The notes beneath the pieces were generated by a model. It searched no databases and was not told the DNA's origin. It saw only the letters and a program-made list of their open reading frames with translations. The translations under genes were made by a program, and so were the position numbers. Positions 20,107-31,174 of a stretch of DNA of 64,000 bases are shown here, piece after piece. Origin of the DNA: an uncultured archaeon (GTDB lineage Archaea; Asgardarchaeota; Lokiarchaeia; Sigyniarchaeales; SOKP01); assembly GCA_964388035.1 (NCBI GenBank), contig CAYLZE010000001.1, forward strand, positions 31,225 through 95,224, given 5' to 3'. Numbering within the stretch: the stretch's first letter is position 1; the number at the start of each line of letters is the position of its first letter.

Positions 20107-21639
20107 GTGATATTGATGAGTGAAAAAATGAATGTATTGTTAATAATCACGGATCAACAACGTGCGGATCATTTGGGTTGTGCCGGTAATCCTATCTTGA
20201 AAACACCTAATTTAGATAGATTGGCAAGCGAAAGCATGAGATTTTCAAGTGCGTTTTGTGCTAATCCCATGTGCATGCCTAATAGAGCAACCATTCTTAC
20301 TGGTCTATATCCGAATATGCACGGAGTTAGAAGTAATGGAATAAATTTGCCTGATGGGGTTCCCACAATAATGGAATGTCTTGAAAAAAAGGGATATCAT
20401 ACCATCAGTATCGGAAAAATTCATCTTCAATATTGGGTAAGAGCATTTGATCCATCTAATCAATCGGTGGAAGCTATCCGAAATTGGTTGAGCGATAGCC
20501 AACGACCAATCATGAAAGAAATTCTAACCAAACCATACTATGGGTTTGAAGAAGTGGATTTGGTGTTAGGTCATGGGGACCTTTGCACGGGACATTATTT
20601 CGATTGGTTGGAAGAAAAAGGGCCACAATATGTTGAATCAACTAAAATAAAGTTCAAAAGTTTTTTCACGCAGCCTTTCTATGAAACGGATTTACCAGAA
20701 AGCCTATACCCTACCACTTATATTACAGAAAAGACCATTAATTTTTTAGAGAGATATGCTAAGGGGGATTACGGGGAAAAGCCATTCTTTTTACACTGTT
20801 CAATTCCCGATCCCCATCATCCCGTATGTCCTCCGGGAAAATATAAAGAGATGTACGATCCCGGAAAAATTAATCTTCCCTCAAGTTATAATGATGCGAA
20901 AAAGTTAGAGGAACATGAATTTTTAGGCAAGCATATAAAAGATCCCCTATTTCGAGGAGCAATGTTAAGAATATCCCCTGAAGATGAGATTAGACAATTT
21001 ATATCCTCAACGTATGGTAGCATCACGATGATTGACGATGGTATAGGGAAAATTTTAGCTTCCCTGGAAAAACTGGGTCTAGCGGATAATACCATGGTGA
21101 TTTACACTAGCGATCACGGAGATTTAATGGGAGATCATGGTATGATTTTAAAAGGGCCATGTCCTTTTAAGGGTATATTAAATGTTCCTCTAATATGGAA
21201 GGTACCGGGGCTTACAAGACCAGGGACCTCTGATTCACTCACAGGTTCGATAGACATTCCCATGACCATCTTAAGTCTACTCAAGATTAGAAGAAGAGCT
21301 AGACCACCCGACATGCAAGGCGTAGATCTAACGCCAATTTTAAAAGATCCGAACCAGCAAGTTAGGGATTGCTTATTAATTGAAGAAGATGAAGAGTTTC
21401 CCATGTTAAGCGGAGAAGTTATCGTGAGATTACGACATTTAGTTACAAATGAATACAAGTTAACTCTTTATGAGCACATGAAAGGTTTTGGGGATTTATA
21501 TCATCGAAAAAATGATCCCGATGAAGTCAATAATTTATGGTATTCTCGTAAGGATTTGCGATGTGAATTAATAGAACAAATATTTCATGAAACTCTTAAG
21601 GCTCAGAGTCGATACCCCAAAAGAGTCGCTCCAACATGA
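20107..21639 (+). CDS. Formylglycine-dependent sulfatase
   Basis: IITDQQR, CMPNRATILTG (CxPxR), GKIH, PDPHHP, YTSDHG. Start probably ATG 20116. Confidence 0.93.
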   Translation: MILMSEKMNVLLIITDQQRADHLGCAGNPILKTPNLDRLASESMRFSSAFCANPMCMPNRATILTGLYPNMHGVRSNGINLPDGVPTIMECLEKKGYHTISIGKIHLQYWVRAFDPSNQSVEAIRNWLSDSQRPIMKEILTKPYYGFEEVDLVLGHGDLCTGHYFDWLEEKGPQYVESTKIKFKSFFTQPFYETDLPESLYPTTYITEKTINFLERYAKGDYGEKPFFLHCSIPDPHHPVCPPGKYKEMYDPGKINLPSSYNDAKKLEEHEFLGKHIKDPLFRGAMLRISPEDEIRQFISSTYGSITMIDDGIGKILASLEKLGLADNTMVIYTSDHGDLMGDHGMILKGPCPFKGILNVPLIWKVPGLTRPGTSDSLTGSIDIPMTILSLLKIRRRARPPDMQGVDLTPILKDPNQQVRDCLLIEEDEEFPMLSGEVIVRLRHLVTNEYKLTLYEHMKGFGDLYHRKNDPDEVNNLWYSRKDLRCELIEQIFHETLKAQSRYPKRVAPT

Positions 21640-21879
21640 GATTACTTTCTAAAGAATAAAATAAAATGAAAATTTATTCAGAAAAGTTAAAGTAAAATCA
21701 ATTATATTGATTTATCTAATTTATTTTTGAGCTTATTAAATTTTCAAGTGAGTAGAAATTAGGATATAAATATAATCTTGTGCAATTGGCGTTAATTGAC
21801 AAAAGATGATTGTAATATAAGAGAAATATATTCAAGGTAAGAATTTTACTATTTTCCAAAAGGGTGGGATGCCCCCTTA

Positions 21880-21899
21880 TTTGTCATCGATATGACAAA
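21880..21899. promoter_or_regulatory. Palindromic operator (perfect)
   Basis: aTTTGTCAT-cgat-ATGACAAAt followed by CGAAAGATTTAAAA (BRE/TATA-like). Confidence 0.8.
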
Positions 21900-22033
21900 T
21901 CGAAAGATTTAAAATTAAAAATTGCTTATTACAATTTAAAATAATTGTTTTTCTTTTTTATTGACGTTATACTAGTTTGAAAGTATGTGGAATAAAAAAG
22001 AATTCTAACATTACAATCAAAAGAATCATTATC

Positions 22034-23485
22034 ATGTTAAACCCAGAAATTTTGGAAGAAGAAAAGGCAAGAGCTAAAATTACAGAACATGAAAAATCAT
22101 TTTTAATGGAATTTCCGGAAGATAAAAATCATCCTTCCATTTTACATGTCCAAGGTTCAGCGTATGAAATGGGACATGCTCATGGCTATCTATTAGCAGA
22201 CCGTATCAAGGATTTAATGAGTCTCTATGGAACGGTGGTTGCGGCTGCCGTGGGCGGTTGGAACATGGAATCCAAAAGGCCCTTTAGGATGCGGCATGTT
22301 GAGAAAGGATTAAGTCTCATGAAGCAATTTTGGGACCAAAATCAATTACCAGCAATACAAAAGCAAGCTCCCGAGATTTTAGAGGAAATCAATGGTATGG
22401 TTGATGGATTAAAAGCAAAAAATTCTCCGGTAACCCATAATCACATCTGTATTATATATGGGAATCCAGATCCTATTCAGGCAACTCAAATGGGCTTGCA
22501 TTGCAGCAGCTGTTGCGCTTGGGGCGGTGCCACCGCAGATGGAAAGGTCATCCATGCTGGAAATTTAGATGAATTGAATTTTGATTATTTTCATAAAGCT
22601 CAAATAATAATGGTCTGCAAGCCGGAAAAAGGAAATAGTTTTATTGGATTCACAACCACGGGATCTGGAAACGTGGTGAGATGGATGAATGATAAGGGGC
22701 TTAGCTATACCGAAATGACATCTTTATCGAAGAACATGGAATGGCCTCAAATTCCAATGGGAATCTCAAGGAGGATGGTTGCTCAACACGCATCAAGCAT
22801 AAAGCAAGCATATGAACTATTGAAATCTTTTGGAGGATCCACGGGATCTAATCACATGATCTGTGAAGGTACTGGTTCCAATCCTCATGGAGTTATTATT
22901 GAACAATCTGGAACTGAAATTGCGATGAGAGAAAAGTTAAGCGAGTTTCCAAATTTACTCTTTTCAACGAATTATTATAATTGCTATCCCGGATGGCAAG
23001 GATATAATGGTTATAATATGGTCCCAGGTCAAATAGCAGCATTTCAAAAATTAGGTGGCATTCCTTTTGGACCAAATCAAGGGAAGAAAGTCGAATGGAA
23101 GGACGTGGATACTGTCGAAAAATGGCGAGAAATGGTCAAATGTCCCCGCTATGAAAGATACATGGCCTTCTTTAAACGGAATAAAAGTAATCTTGACCTT
23201 AATAAAATCGTAGAGATACAAAGTGCTTATGAAATGACACTTGGACAATTAGAAAGTTTGGGATTAAAAGAAAAAGTAAGAATGGAATTATGTCAATCCT
23301 GTGCCCATCTATTTGGTGTGAATAAGGCCGTGGTGATGGAAGAATGCCCCAGTACGAATAGCATAATATTCAAACCAAGCGAAGGAGAGATTTGGGTTGC
23401 AGCAGGCGGCGTTCCTGCGCAAGAAGGTCCCTTCTGGAACATAAATTTTCAAGATCATTTAGAAATGCTGGAAAAATACGAATAA
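22034..23485 (+). CDS. C45 family Ntn-hydrolase (acyl-CoA:6-APA acyltransferase-like cysteine peptidase)
   Basis: GSAYEMGHAHG, EEINGMVDG, HCSS (nucleophile Cys), HAGNLD, MNDKGL, STNY. ATG 22034 preferred over TTG 21977. Confidence 0.8.
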   Translation: MLNPEILEEEKARAKITEHEKSFLMEFPEDKNHPSILHVQGSAYEMGHAHGYLLADRIKDLMSLYGTVVAAAVGGWNMESKRPFRMRHVEKGLSLMKQFWDQNQLPAIQKQAPEILEEINGMVDGLKAKNSPVTHNHICIIYGNPDPIQATQMGLHCSSCCAWGGATADGKVIHAGNLDELNFDYFHKAQIIMVCKPEKGNSFIGFTTTGSGNVVRWMNDKGLSYTEMTSLSKNMEWPQIPMGISRRMVAQHASSIKQAYELLKSFGGSTGSNHMICEGTGSNPHGVIIEQSGTEIAMREKLSEFPNLLFSTNYYNCYPGWQGYNGYNMVPGQIAAFQKLGGIPFGPNQGKKVEWKDVDTVEKWREMVKCPRYERYMAFFKRNKSNLDLNKIVEIQSAYEMTLGQLESLGLKEKVRMELCQSCAHLFGVNKAVVMEECPSTNSIIFKPSEGEIWVAAGGVPAQEGPFWNINFQDHLEMLEKYE

Positions 23486-23569
23486 ATTAAATTTAAATAC
23501 TTTTCTTAAATTTTTAATCTTCTAATAGTCAAGATTTAATATTAATTTTAAATTAAATTCAAAGAACGT

Positions 23570-24961
23570 GTGATGAATTCTCAAGATACAAATCCTATTA
23601 CTCGTCCATTTACAAGAGAATTGGAAGGTTATTGGAAAACGGAAGGATACAATTACTTCCTCGAAATTAAGGAAGGCAATTACATCGTTCATGAATATAC
23701 CCAAGTTAGTTGTTTAACAATTAAAGGATTCATGGGATATCTGGACCCTACCGCTCCTACCTTCATTGCGAGGATAAATGATAAAAAAAACTTGGTATGT
23801 GAAAATCTTGGCACGACCTTTTATATTGAATCCAAGAGGATACCAGAGCTTCCTGAATTTCACCAGAGCACGAAGCTTTCTGAACCTGATAATCCCGAGA
23901 TGAATTTTGAAGTGTTCTGGCACACCCTTAATGAGCTATATCCTTTTTTTGAACAAAGAAAAATCGATTGGAGAGAAATCCACGATACATATCGTTCTAA
24001 AGTAACTAATGAAACCTCAAGGGAAGAGCTAGCATATCTCTTACGTGAAATGGTGAATCCATTAAATGATGCTCACATGTTCTTGAAAGCTAAAGAAACA
24101 GATACCATTGATATCCTTGTGGTTTTCCCTCAGTGGGCGCGTGGTCCTATTAAGAATGCATTAAATGCTATTGAAGAAAATGCGGCCTTAGGCAAATGGA
24201 AAGGTGCAGAAGGGAAAGTTGCCTCTGTCTTAAACGAAACCTTTCAAGACTTTCTCCCCGTAATCAAACAAAAATATTTACACGGTAATTTTAAGACAGC
24301 ATGTAATGAGATGATATTTTATGGAAAAGTAAGTGAAACTATAGGATACATTTATCTGGCACGTGTTTTTAATTATGCCAGCGATGTGAAGCATGAATCA
24401 TTAAAAGAGATTGAAACCTTTAATAAAGCATTTGATTCGATCATTGACGAGTTCGATACTATGGAAAGCATTATATTAGATATTAGATTCTGTCTAGGAG
24501 GGGATGACTCTATAGGATTAGCAGTAACCGAGCGGTTTGCAGATAAGAAAAGAATGGTGCTTGCGAAGAGAGCAAAAGGTGCCGAAGGATTATCTCCCCC
24601 GAGAGAATTTTTTGTGGACCCTTCGGGAAAAAAAACTTTTGCACGGAAAAAGATATTTATCCTGACTAGTGGAGTCACGATTAGCGGGGGAGAAAACTTG
24701 GCAATCATGATGAAAGCACTTCCGAATACCACATTCATTGGAGAGTCTGGACCCGGAATCTTATCCGATACCATAGTGCGACATCTTCCGAACGGATGGC
24801 AGTTTTTTCTTCCCATGGAAGTATTTTATGGTCATGACGGCAAGGCTTATGAAACGCAACCCTTTCCCATTGATGTAAAAGTACCTTTAAATAAAGATCA
24901 TTTTCAGCAACAAAAAGATGATATCTTGGAAAAAGCTATAGAATTAGTAAAAAAATCATGA
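23570..24961 (+). CDS. S41 family peptidase (tricorn C1-like plus catalytic domain)
   Basis: NFEVFW...YPFF...IDW, LNDAH, IILDIRFCLGG, TISGGE, LPNGW. Confidence 0.88.
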   Translation: MMNSQDTNPITRPFTRELEGYWKTEGYNYFLEIKEGNYIVHEYTQVSCLTIKGFMGYLDPTAPTFIARINDKKNLVCENLGTTFYIESKRIPELPEFHQSTKLSEPDNPEMNFEVFWHTLNELYPFFEQRKIDWREIHDTYRSKVTNETSREELAYLLREMVNPLNDAHMFLKAKETDTIDILVVFPQWARGPIKNALNAIEENAALGKWKGAEGKVASVLNETFQDFLPVIKQKYLHGNFKTACNEMIFYGKVSETIGYIYLARVFNYASDVKHESLKEIETFNKAFDSIIDEFDTMESIILDIRFCLGGDDSIGLAVTERFADKKRMVLAKRAKGAEGLSPPREFFVDPSGKKTFARKKIFILTSGVTISGGENLAIMMKALPNTTFIGESGPGILSDTIVRHLPNGWQFFLPMEVFYGHDGKAYETQPFPIDVKVPLNKDHFQQQKDDILEKAIELVKKS

Positions 24962-24966
24962 CTCAC

Positions 24967-26427
24967 TTATTTAAAAGTTTCTTTCAATGTTTCGGAAAGA
25001 ATTATTATGAGATCATTCACATTTTGAGGATTTAATGCCCATACACATAAGATTGCCTCCTCATTTAACTTGAACACGACTATTGCAGGACCTTCTCCGG
25101 TATTACCGGGTTTTTCTAAATTTGGAATATTGCCGAATATGGGAACCCATTCCTTCTTAAGGGTATAATTGATCCAATAGACAGTACATTCAATTCCATG
25201 AAGTGTTTGATGAGTCTCTTCACCAGTAATCTTTAATTGTTTTTCCAATCGTTCAATATAATCCTTGCCCCCCTCTAAAGTATCGGCGAACGCTCTTTTA
25301 ATTTGATTTGGAATGGCAACACCTTTCTTAATCGGAAAATATCTCAAACCGCATAATTTAAAAAATGCTCTTTCTGGACCAGGAGATGCTAATCCTAACT
25401 CATCGGCACTATCGTGGCTGTTAGTATGATCTAGAAGAATTTTCCAATCTCTATTGAATAATTTCTGGATAAGGTTTGTCATGATTTTACTTTTTCTCAT
25501 TCTTGGTCCCAAGAGATTAATATCTTCTTTTCCGTGTAATTCTATTTCTTTTTCAAGATAAATATGGGACAAGAGAATTGCATAGGTGTCTGCCACGTTT
25601 TTATCCGAAATTCTCATGGATAAACCAAATCCCGAGGTCACATTGCTAGTAAACACAAAATCGTCCAATACAATTAGTTGCGTTTGGATCTCGTTTGGAT
25701 CGACTAATATCCGAACTCGCTCGGGAAGATTTTCTGTTATAGGTTTGGTTGTTTCCTCCTCTGAATCCGCATCATTATCATTCTTTTCATTTTTCATATT
25801 ACGTGCAACAATCATTGCGAACCTATCCCTTCTATATTCGTCTCTAATTCTAATATTATTCTTTTCGTATATTTTAAAAATGCGTTGGAGCGAATTTAAT
25901 ATTGTTGGTTTCAATTCTTCAAAAAATTCAAAGGAAATGTAGAACATGATTCTCGTATCCGCATGTTCCATGTATTCTATCACTTGGCGATACAGTTCTG
26001 CTGTTGTTGGGATGACAAAAGTATTGGAGACTCTCCCCCCATAAAATTTATCTGAAGCTAAATAAGCGGTGACTTTTTCATCCACTAAGGATTTCAGTTC
26101 TTTTAACCTTTTTAATTTATTCTCTTGCTGGGTAATATACTTGTTCAATTTAACATTTGGATTCATTCCTCTAAATTGTAGTGGCTTCGTACCCACCTTT
26201 TTTGATTCTATCCATCCATCACGGTCTAATCTATTAAGTATTGTATAGATATGAGTCCGCTTTAATTTGGGAAATTTGCTCGTTATTTCAATACCGGTAA
26301 GATATTCTTTAGCTTTTAGTAATTCTATATAAACTCTCAAATCTTCTCCTTCTAATAATTCCAATTCAGTTAGACCGGAAGAGAGCAAGCTCGCCCAATC
26401 CAAATAACTCTCCATTTCTTTTAGCAA
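24967..26427 (-). CDS. TrmB-family wHTH transcriptional regulator
   Basis: LRVYIELL...LTGIEI...KRTHIYTILNRLDRDGWI...KPLQF N-terminal HTH; paralog of 61521-62972. Confidence 0.82.
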   Translation of the reverse strand: MLKEMESYLDWASLLSSGLTELELLEGEDLRVYIELLKAKEYLTGIEITSKFPKLKRTHIYTILNRLDRDGWIESKKVGTKPLQFRGMNPNVKLNKYITQQENKLKRLKELKSLVDEKVTAYLASDKFYGGRVSNTFVIPTTAELYRQVIEYMEHADTRIMFYISFEFFEELKPTILNSLQRIFKIYEKNNIRIRDEYRRDRFAMIVARNMKNEKNDNDADSEEETTKPITENLPERVRILVDPNEIQTQLIVLDDFVFTSNVTSGFGLSMRISDKNVADTYAILLSHIYLEKEIELHGKEDINLLGPRMRKSKIMTNLIQKLFNRDWKILLDHTNSHDSADELGLASPGPERAFFKLCGLRYFPIKKGVAIPNQIKRAFADTLEGGKDYIERLEKQLKITGEETHQTLHGIECTVYWINYTLKKEWVPIFGNIPNLEKPGNTGEGPAIVVFKLNEEAILCVWALNPQNVNDLIIILSETLKETFK

Positions 26428-26690
26428 TCTTCTTTTTTTACGTAGTTTATTTCAATATAGGATAAATATCAAAATATTTTTTATGTAAGTAATAACTTTT
26501 ATTGTTTTTTAAGTGATTTGATAAGGAGTGACAAATATTTTCTTTGAAATCTTACTAAATCTCATAATAACTGAATATAATTCTTTCTTCTTGGGATATG
26601 ATTTCACGAACTGCACGAAAACATAATTCACGTTAGCTCCTCCTTAACTTATTACAATAAAGGAATAATAAAAAAAGTTTATGGGTAAAT

Positions 26691-28124
26691 TTATTTTCTT
26701 AATGTTGCTCTCGGTAATACATCTATTTTTTTTATAACTTCGATAAATCCTTTTGTTACGGGTTCGAGCTGGTTAACGGCAACCTTATCTATGGTATCTA
26801 GCGGGTGCCAGTTGTAATAGGGGCCGCTAATAAAGCTCAATACAGGAATTCCTTCTTCAAAAAAAGGCGTGGCGTCTGTCCATAAAGACATCTCTTGGGA
26901 ATACTTGCTGTCGCTTCCTTCCTCTGAAGTCACTCCTGATGCAATGGGCATTAACCCCGTAAGTTCCAAGTTATTTTCGATTACCATGGTTTTAGCAGCA
27001 TCTTTAAATTCAGGAATGTCAGAAACGTAGAGCCCCCTTATTTGAGGAAAGCCCGAAGTGATTAACTGACCATCTTTAATGATGGGCTCCTTTGCAATAT
27101 GCTCCACGTGTATGCTGGTTACGACTCTCGAAACAATATCCTTATACTTTTTCTTGAATTCATATCCTCCAATAGAACCATAGAAATGACCTGTTGAAAA
27201 AAGGACGAGGATTGAACGATTTCTTTTCTCTTTGGGTATCTGAGAAAAATATTTAGCAAGCGCTAAAATCACCGATACTCCCGAAGCGTCTTGAACTGCA
27301 TTGTGGAAAGCAGCATCATGATGAGATCCTAACTCTATCAATTCTTTAGATTTGCCGGGAAGGATTCCAAACACATTGGAGGTCTTACCGGGAGATTCTT
27401 TACCCGTTAAAATTATGTGTCCAGTCACGTTCTTTTTTCCACTGGAAAGTTGATCTTTTAATTTTAAGCCATCTGATTTGGATAAGAAAATTCCGGGAAT
27501 TGGTCTGGGAAAATCATCCGTGCCTTCTGCTGGAAAGTATAAAATGGGACTATCAATGGGATAATTTGATAAAATTCCTACAAATCCAATTGCTCCTTTT
27601 TTAGCCGCACGATGATATCCCGCCCAATTTATCCCTCTTGACATATCCGGAATATTATGCTCCTGAAAATTAATGTTTCTCGGGTTATGTACATAATAAC
27701 AGATGTGTGCTAAAAGGTGGTACTCCAAAAAATAGAATTCTAAATCCATCACCGCAATTTTTCCTTTCAGATCCACTCCTTCCAAGTCTTCTTCATTTCC
27801 CTTGCCAATATAGACAAGCTCTCCGGTCACTCCTTCTGGCTTAGTAAAAGCAGTATAACACGTATAAAAGCAAGGAAATTCGTAATTTTGATCATCTATC
27901 TTATAAGTGAAGCGCCAATATTCTGGCTCCCATAATTTAATATCAATAGATTGCTTCTCAACCGTTTCAAATCCAAAACTTCTTAATTGATTAGCTAAAA
28001 AATCCTCCACTTTATGGGAAGCGGGCATTCCGGGGCGACGATAACCCTTATCACAAATTGCCATGATCCATGATGTGATTTCTTCTTTTTTCGGAATGGG
28101 TATATTATCTTCCATATTTTTCAC
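26691..28124 (-). CDS. M28 family metallopeptidase with PA domain
   Basis: GELVYIGKG..DLKGKIAV (PA domain), GSHHDA, QDASG, YNWHPLDT. Confidence 0.82.
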   Translation of the reverse strand: MKNMEDNIPIPKKEEITSWIMAICDKGYRRPGMPASHKVEDFLANQLRSFGFETVEKQSIDIKLWEPEYWRFTYKIDDQNYEFPCFYTCYTAFTKPEGVTGELVYIGKGNEEDLEGVDLKGKIAVMDLEFYFLEYHLLAHICYYVHNPRNINFQEHNIPDMSRGINWAGYHRAAKKGAIGFVGILSNYPIDSPILYFPAEGTDDFPRPIPGIFLSKSDGLKLKDQLSSGKKNVTGHIILTGKESPGKTSNVFGILPGKSKELIELGSHHDAAFHNAVQDASGVSVILALAKYFSQIPKEKRNRSILVLFSTGHFYGSIGGYEFKKKYKDIVSRVVTSIHVEHIAKEPIIKDGQLITSGFPQIRGLYVSDIPEFKDAAKTMVIENNLELTGLMPIASGVTSEEGSDSKYSQEMSLWTDATPFFEEGIPVLSFISGPYYNWHPLDTIDKVAVNQLEPVTKGFIEVIKKIDVLPRATLRK

Positions 28125-28205
28125 TTTACCTTAATATTTTATATTATTTTAAATGCAGTTATATAGCCTAGAAAAAACCAGTATTTTATTTAAAGTTTGT
28201 CGTCA

Positions 28206-28225
28206 TTTGTCATAGTTATGACAAA
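28206..28225. promoter_or_regulatory. Palindromic operator (perfect)
   Basis: aTTTGTCAT-agtt-ATGACAAAt with an extra half-site TTTGTCGT at 28196, between divergent M28 peptidase and enoyl-CoA hydratase genes. Confidence 0.8.
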
Positions 28226-28384
28226 TAGTGTCTTTTTCCACTCGCCTTCTAATGTCCATGTATTATAAGTATAAACTTTCTTTTAAGCTATCAGCATGAG
28301 AATTTTAAATTACACATCAGAATTTTTTCATGCTTTCTCCTCTTACAGAAAAAGACTTAATAAATTTCTCATCCTAATTTTAAT

Positions 28385-29149
28385 ATGCCCGTAGAAATTG
28401 AGATTGCTTATCCGATTTATACCATACTTATAAACAATCCCGAAGTGCGAAATGCAGTAGATGGTCCCACCGCTTTACAGCTGGCCGATGCTTTCCGAAA
28501 ATTCGAAAGTGATAAAAATGCATTGGTTGCCGTATTGCATGGGACTAATGGTACCTTTTGTTCGGGTGCAAATCTAAAAGCCATAACTGAAGGGAAAGGA
28601 AATAGAATTGAAAAGGAGGGAGATGGCCCCATGGGCCCCACGCGCATGCTATTAACAAAACCTGTCATCGCAGCTATCGCAGGACACGCCGTTGCGGGGG
28701 GATTAGAATTAGCTCTCTGGTGTGATTTGCGAGTTGTGGAGAAAAATGCCATTTTTGGAGTATTTTGTAGAAGATTTGGGGTACCTTTGATCGATGGTGG
28801 TACGGTAAGGCTTCCAAGATTGATAGGCTTGAGTCGAGCCATGGATATGATCCTCACCGGGCGTCCCATCACGGCAGAAGAGGCATACCATTGGGGATTA
28901 GCAAATACGATTGTAGAAGAAGGACGTTCAAGGCAGGAGGCAGAATTATTAGCCCGTGACATCGCAAAATTTCCACAGCATTGCATGAGAAACGATAGAA
29001 TGTCAACAATCCAACAATTTGGCATTTCCATTAAAGAAGCCATGAAGAATGAATTTGAACTGGGATTAAAGAGTTTAGAAACGGGAGAATATCTGGAAGG
29101 AAGTACGAAATTCACAGAAGGAAAAGGAAAGCACGGAAATTTTGATTAA
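28385..29149 (+). CDS. Enoyl-CoA hydratase/isomerase (crotonase) family protein
   Basis: FCSGANL, KPVIAAIAGHAVAGGLELALWCD, GVPLIDGGT, MILTGR. Confidence 0.95.
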   Translation: MPVEIEIAYPIYTILINNPEVRNAVDGPTALQLADAFRKFESDKNALVAVLHGTNGTFCSGANLKAITEGKGNRIEKEGDGPMGPTRMLLTKPVIAAIAGHAVAGGLELALWCDLRVVEKNAIFGVFCRRFGVPLIDGGTVRLPRLIGLSRAMDMILTGRPITAEEAYHWGLANTIVEEGRSRQEAELLARDIAKFPQHCMRNDRMSTIQQFGISIKEAMKNEFELGLKSLETGEYLEGSTKFTEGKGKHGNFD

Positions 29150-29220
29150 CCATGCGTTCACTTTAGAAAGTAATAATTATATCCTTCCCTATTCATGATC
29201 AATTATTCAAATAGAAGTCG

Positions 29221-30165
29221 TCATATTTCTTGTTTATCAAGGTAATCCTGGTCTATTTCTTTAATTACTTTATTAATCTTTTCTTTATATGACCTCAACT
29301 TTTTTAATACTATTTCCTTGAATAGAACTTGTTGCTCCGGAATCACCTTCATGGCGTTAATCGCATCCGTAGAAATAGTATCATCAAAAAGAATTGGAAT
29401 AAAAAGTGAATCATTATCAATGATGGGGAATAGCGATGAAAGCTCTAAAATAAAGTTGGGATCAATTAATTCTGGATCTTCAAAAATGTCGGAAAGGTTT
29501 TTATTTGGATACAATTGTTTCATGATTCTAAATACAATCGTAAGATGATTCTGCATCTGAAGGTTGATGTGGTTTCTAAAAAATCTTGCCATGGGAATAA
29601 TTAATTGATTCAGATCTCCTAAAGTTGTTAACATGGTGAAAGCTTCTGGAATTCCCTTCTCAGTAATCGTATAGAGATTTCTGCTTTTCCCTTGATATTG
29701 CTCCGTTCTGGAAAACTTTATTAATTTCCTTTTCTCCAAGCTTTTTAACACCTGATAAATAGCTGGGGGTTTTTGCCAAGCCTCTAAATCCGATTTATCC
29801 TTCTGGGTAATGATTCGTGCATCCTTAATTAAATCCTTTAAATTTGCTTGAAGCTTGACATCTTTCTTCCCTTGTTCCAAGAACTCTAATAGAAGTTTTT
29901 TAGAGAAGGGAGATTCAATGCTATTAATCAAGGATATTATCTTCTTTTCTTGATTGCCATCTGTCTCTTCATTATCGAAGAAATCCATGATCATCGAACT
30001 ATATTTAATCAATAATTCAAGGTTCCTTACTGGGGGTTTTTGTTTCCCCGCTACTCGTTCTATAAGTGTTTGATAAATTTCATAGGGATGGCTCTCTCCT
30101 TTTTCCATGATTATCGATAATATCATGAATTCCGAAGCAGCCCGTGTAATTTTTCTAAACTTCAT
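29221..30165 (-). CDS. PadR-like wHTH regulator with a large internal insertion
   Basis: ILSII...HPYEIYQTL and, about 90 aa later, AIYQVLKSLEKRKLI...RNLYTITEKG. Confidence 0.7.
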   Translation of the reverse strand: MKFRKITRAASEFMILSIIMEKGESHPYEIYQTLIERVAGKQKPPVRNLELLIKYSSMIMDFFDNEETDGNQEKKIISLINSIESPFSKKLLLEFLEQGKKDVKLQANLKDLIKDARIITQKDKSDLEAWQKPPAIYQVLKSLEKRKLIKFSRTEQYQGKSRNLYTITEKGIPEAFTMLTTLGDLNQLIIPMARFFRNHINLQMQNHLTIVFRIMKQLYPNKNLSDIFEDPELIDPNFILELSSLFPIIDNDSLFIPILFDDTISTDAINAMKVIPEQQVLFKEIVLKKLRSYKEKINKVIKEIDQDYLDKQEI

Positions 30166-30205
30166 TGTTTTATAATAACCTTTTTATAATATTAAGATTT
30201 GTTAT

Positions 30206-30237
30206 TATTAAGAAAAATTAATATTAAGAAAAATTAA
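30206..30237. repeat. Perfect 16-bp tandem direct repeat in a divergent promoter
   Basis: TATTAAGAAAAATTAA x2 (30206-30221, 30222-30237). Confidence 0.75.
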
Positions 30238-30265
30238 TGATACAAATTGCAATAAATGATGAAAA

Positions 30266-30664
30266 ATGAAGTTGAAAATGATTCCTAAATTGGTGTGCAT
30301 TTATGGCTCCTTGTTAGATGGTTTCATGGGAATTATAATGATCCTTACCACTATGGCTCCTACAATCATCATTCCATATTCTTCCAATGCGATGAATTAT
30401 CAATATATAATGGGTGTAGCAGCATCTCTAATGTTTGGATGGACAGTTCTATTATATTGGGCAAGTCTTGATCCCATTGCAAGGAGAGATGTAATGCTCT
30501 TGACTATTTTTCCCGTTGTCTTGGGACTTATCCTTACAGAAATATTGATTGACCCGCTCAAATTATTCTCAATATGGCTATATCAGATTATCGGTTGCAT
30601 CATCCCGCTAATAATTGGATACGTCATAGCTCTTAAAATTGAAAGAAGTAAGGTGGTGGTCTAG
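30266..30664 (+). CDS. Small membrane protein (4 TM)
   Basis: ASLMFGWTVLLYWASLDPIARR; paralog of the next gene. Confidence 0.75.
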   Translation: MKLKMIPKLVCIYGSLLDGFMGIIMILTTMAPTIIIPYSSNAMNYQYIMGVAASLMFGWTVLLYWASLDPIARRDVMLLTIFPVVLGLILTEILIDPLKLFSIWLYQIIGCIIPLIIGYVIALKIERSKVVV

Positions 30665-31174
30665 ATGACCGAAAATACAACGATTTACAACTTCTCTCAG
30701 ATTTTTCTTGGCTTTCTTCCCCAAATCTTTACATTAGGATGCATAATCGTCGCCTTGGCCTTACTTGGATTGTTTATCATTAAATCAATAAAAAAAACCC
30801 TGAATCCGATATTTAGGATTAATTTATTAAGGTTTGGCTTTTGGGCAGGTGCACTAATCGATCTTTTCGCGTTTTTTAACATGATCGCCTCTATCTTCAC
30901 GAATGTCTATTCCGGATATGAAGTTCATGGAACATCCATTGAATACATGTTCGCCATTGGATGGGGTGCGAGTTTAATGTTAGGTTGGACAAGCTTACTC
31001 ATATGGGCGGATAGAAAACCAATTGAGAGGAGAATTACCATCCTCTTCACAGCCGTCCCGGTTATTATCGGAATTATCTTAACAAGTATTTTAACCAATA
31101 TAGCATGCATGAATCAATTAATCGGTATATTTCTGTTTCTTTTTTGCTATTTTCAATCCCTATACGTCAAATAA
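30665..31174 (+). CDS. Small membrane protein, tandem paralog of the previous gene
   Basis: ASLMLGWTSLLIWADRKPIERR; abuts the upstream stop codon. Confidence 0.75.
   Translation: MTENTTIYNFSQIFLGFLPQIFTLGCIIVALALLGLFIIKSIKKTLNPIFRINLLRFGFWAGALIDLFAFFNMIASIFTNVYSGYEVHGTSIEYMFAIGWGASLMLGWTSLLIWADRKPIERRITILFTAVPVIIGIILTSILTNIACMNQLIGIFLFLFCYFQSLYVK

Noticed and set aside
28417-29115. 232-aa antisense ORF
   Set aside because: Shadow of the enoyl-CoA hydratase gene with no motifs; the same applies to the other short overlapping ORFs in the track.
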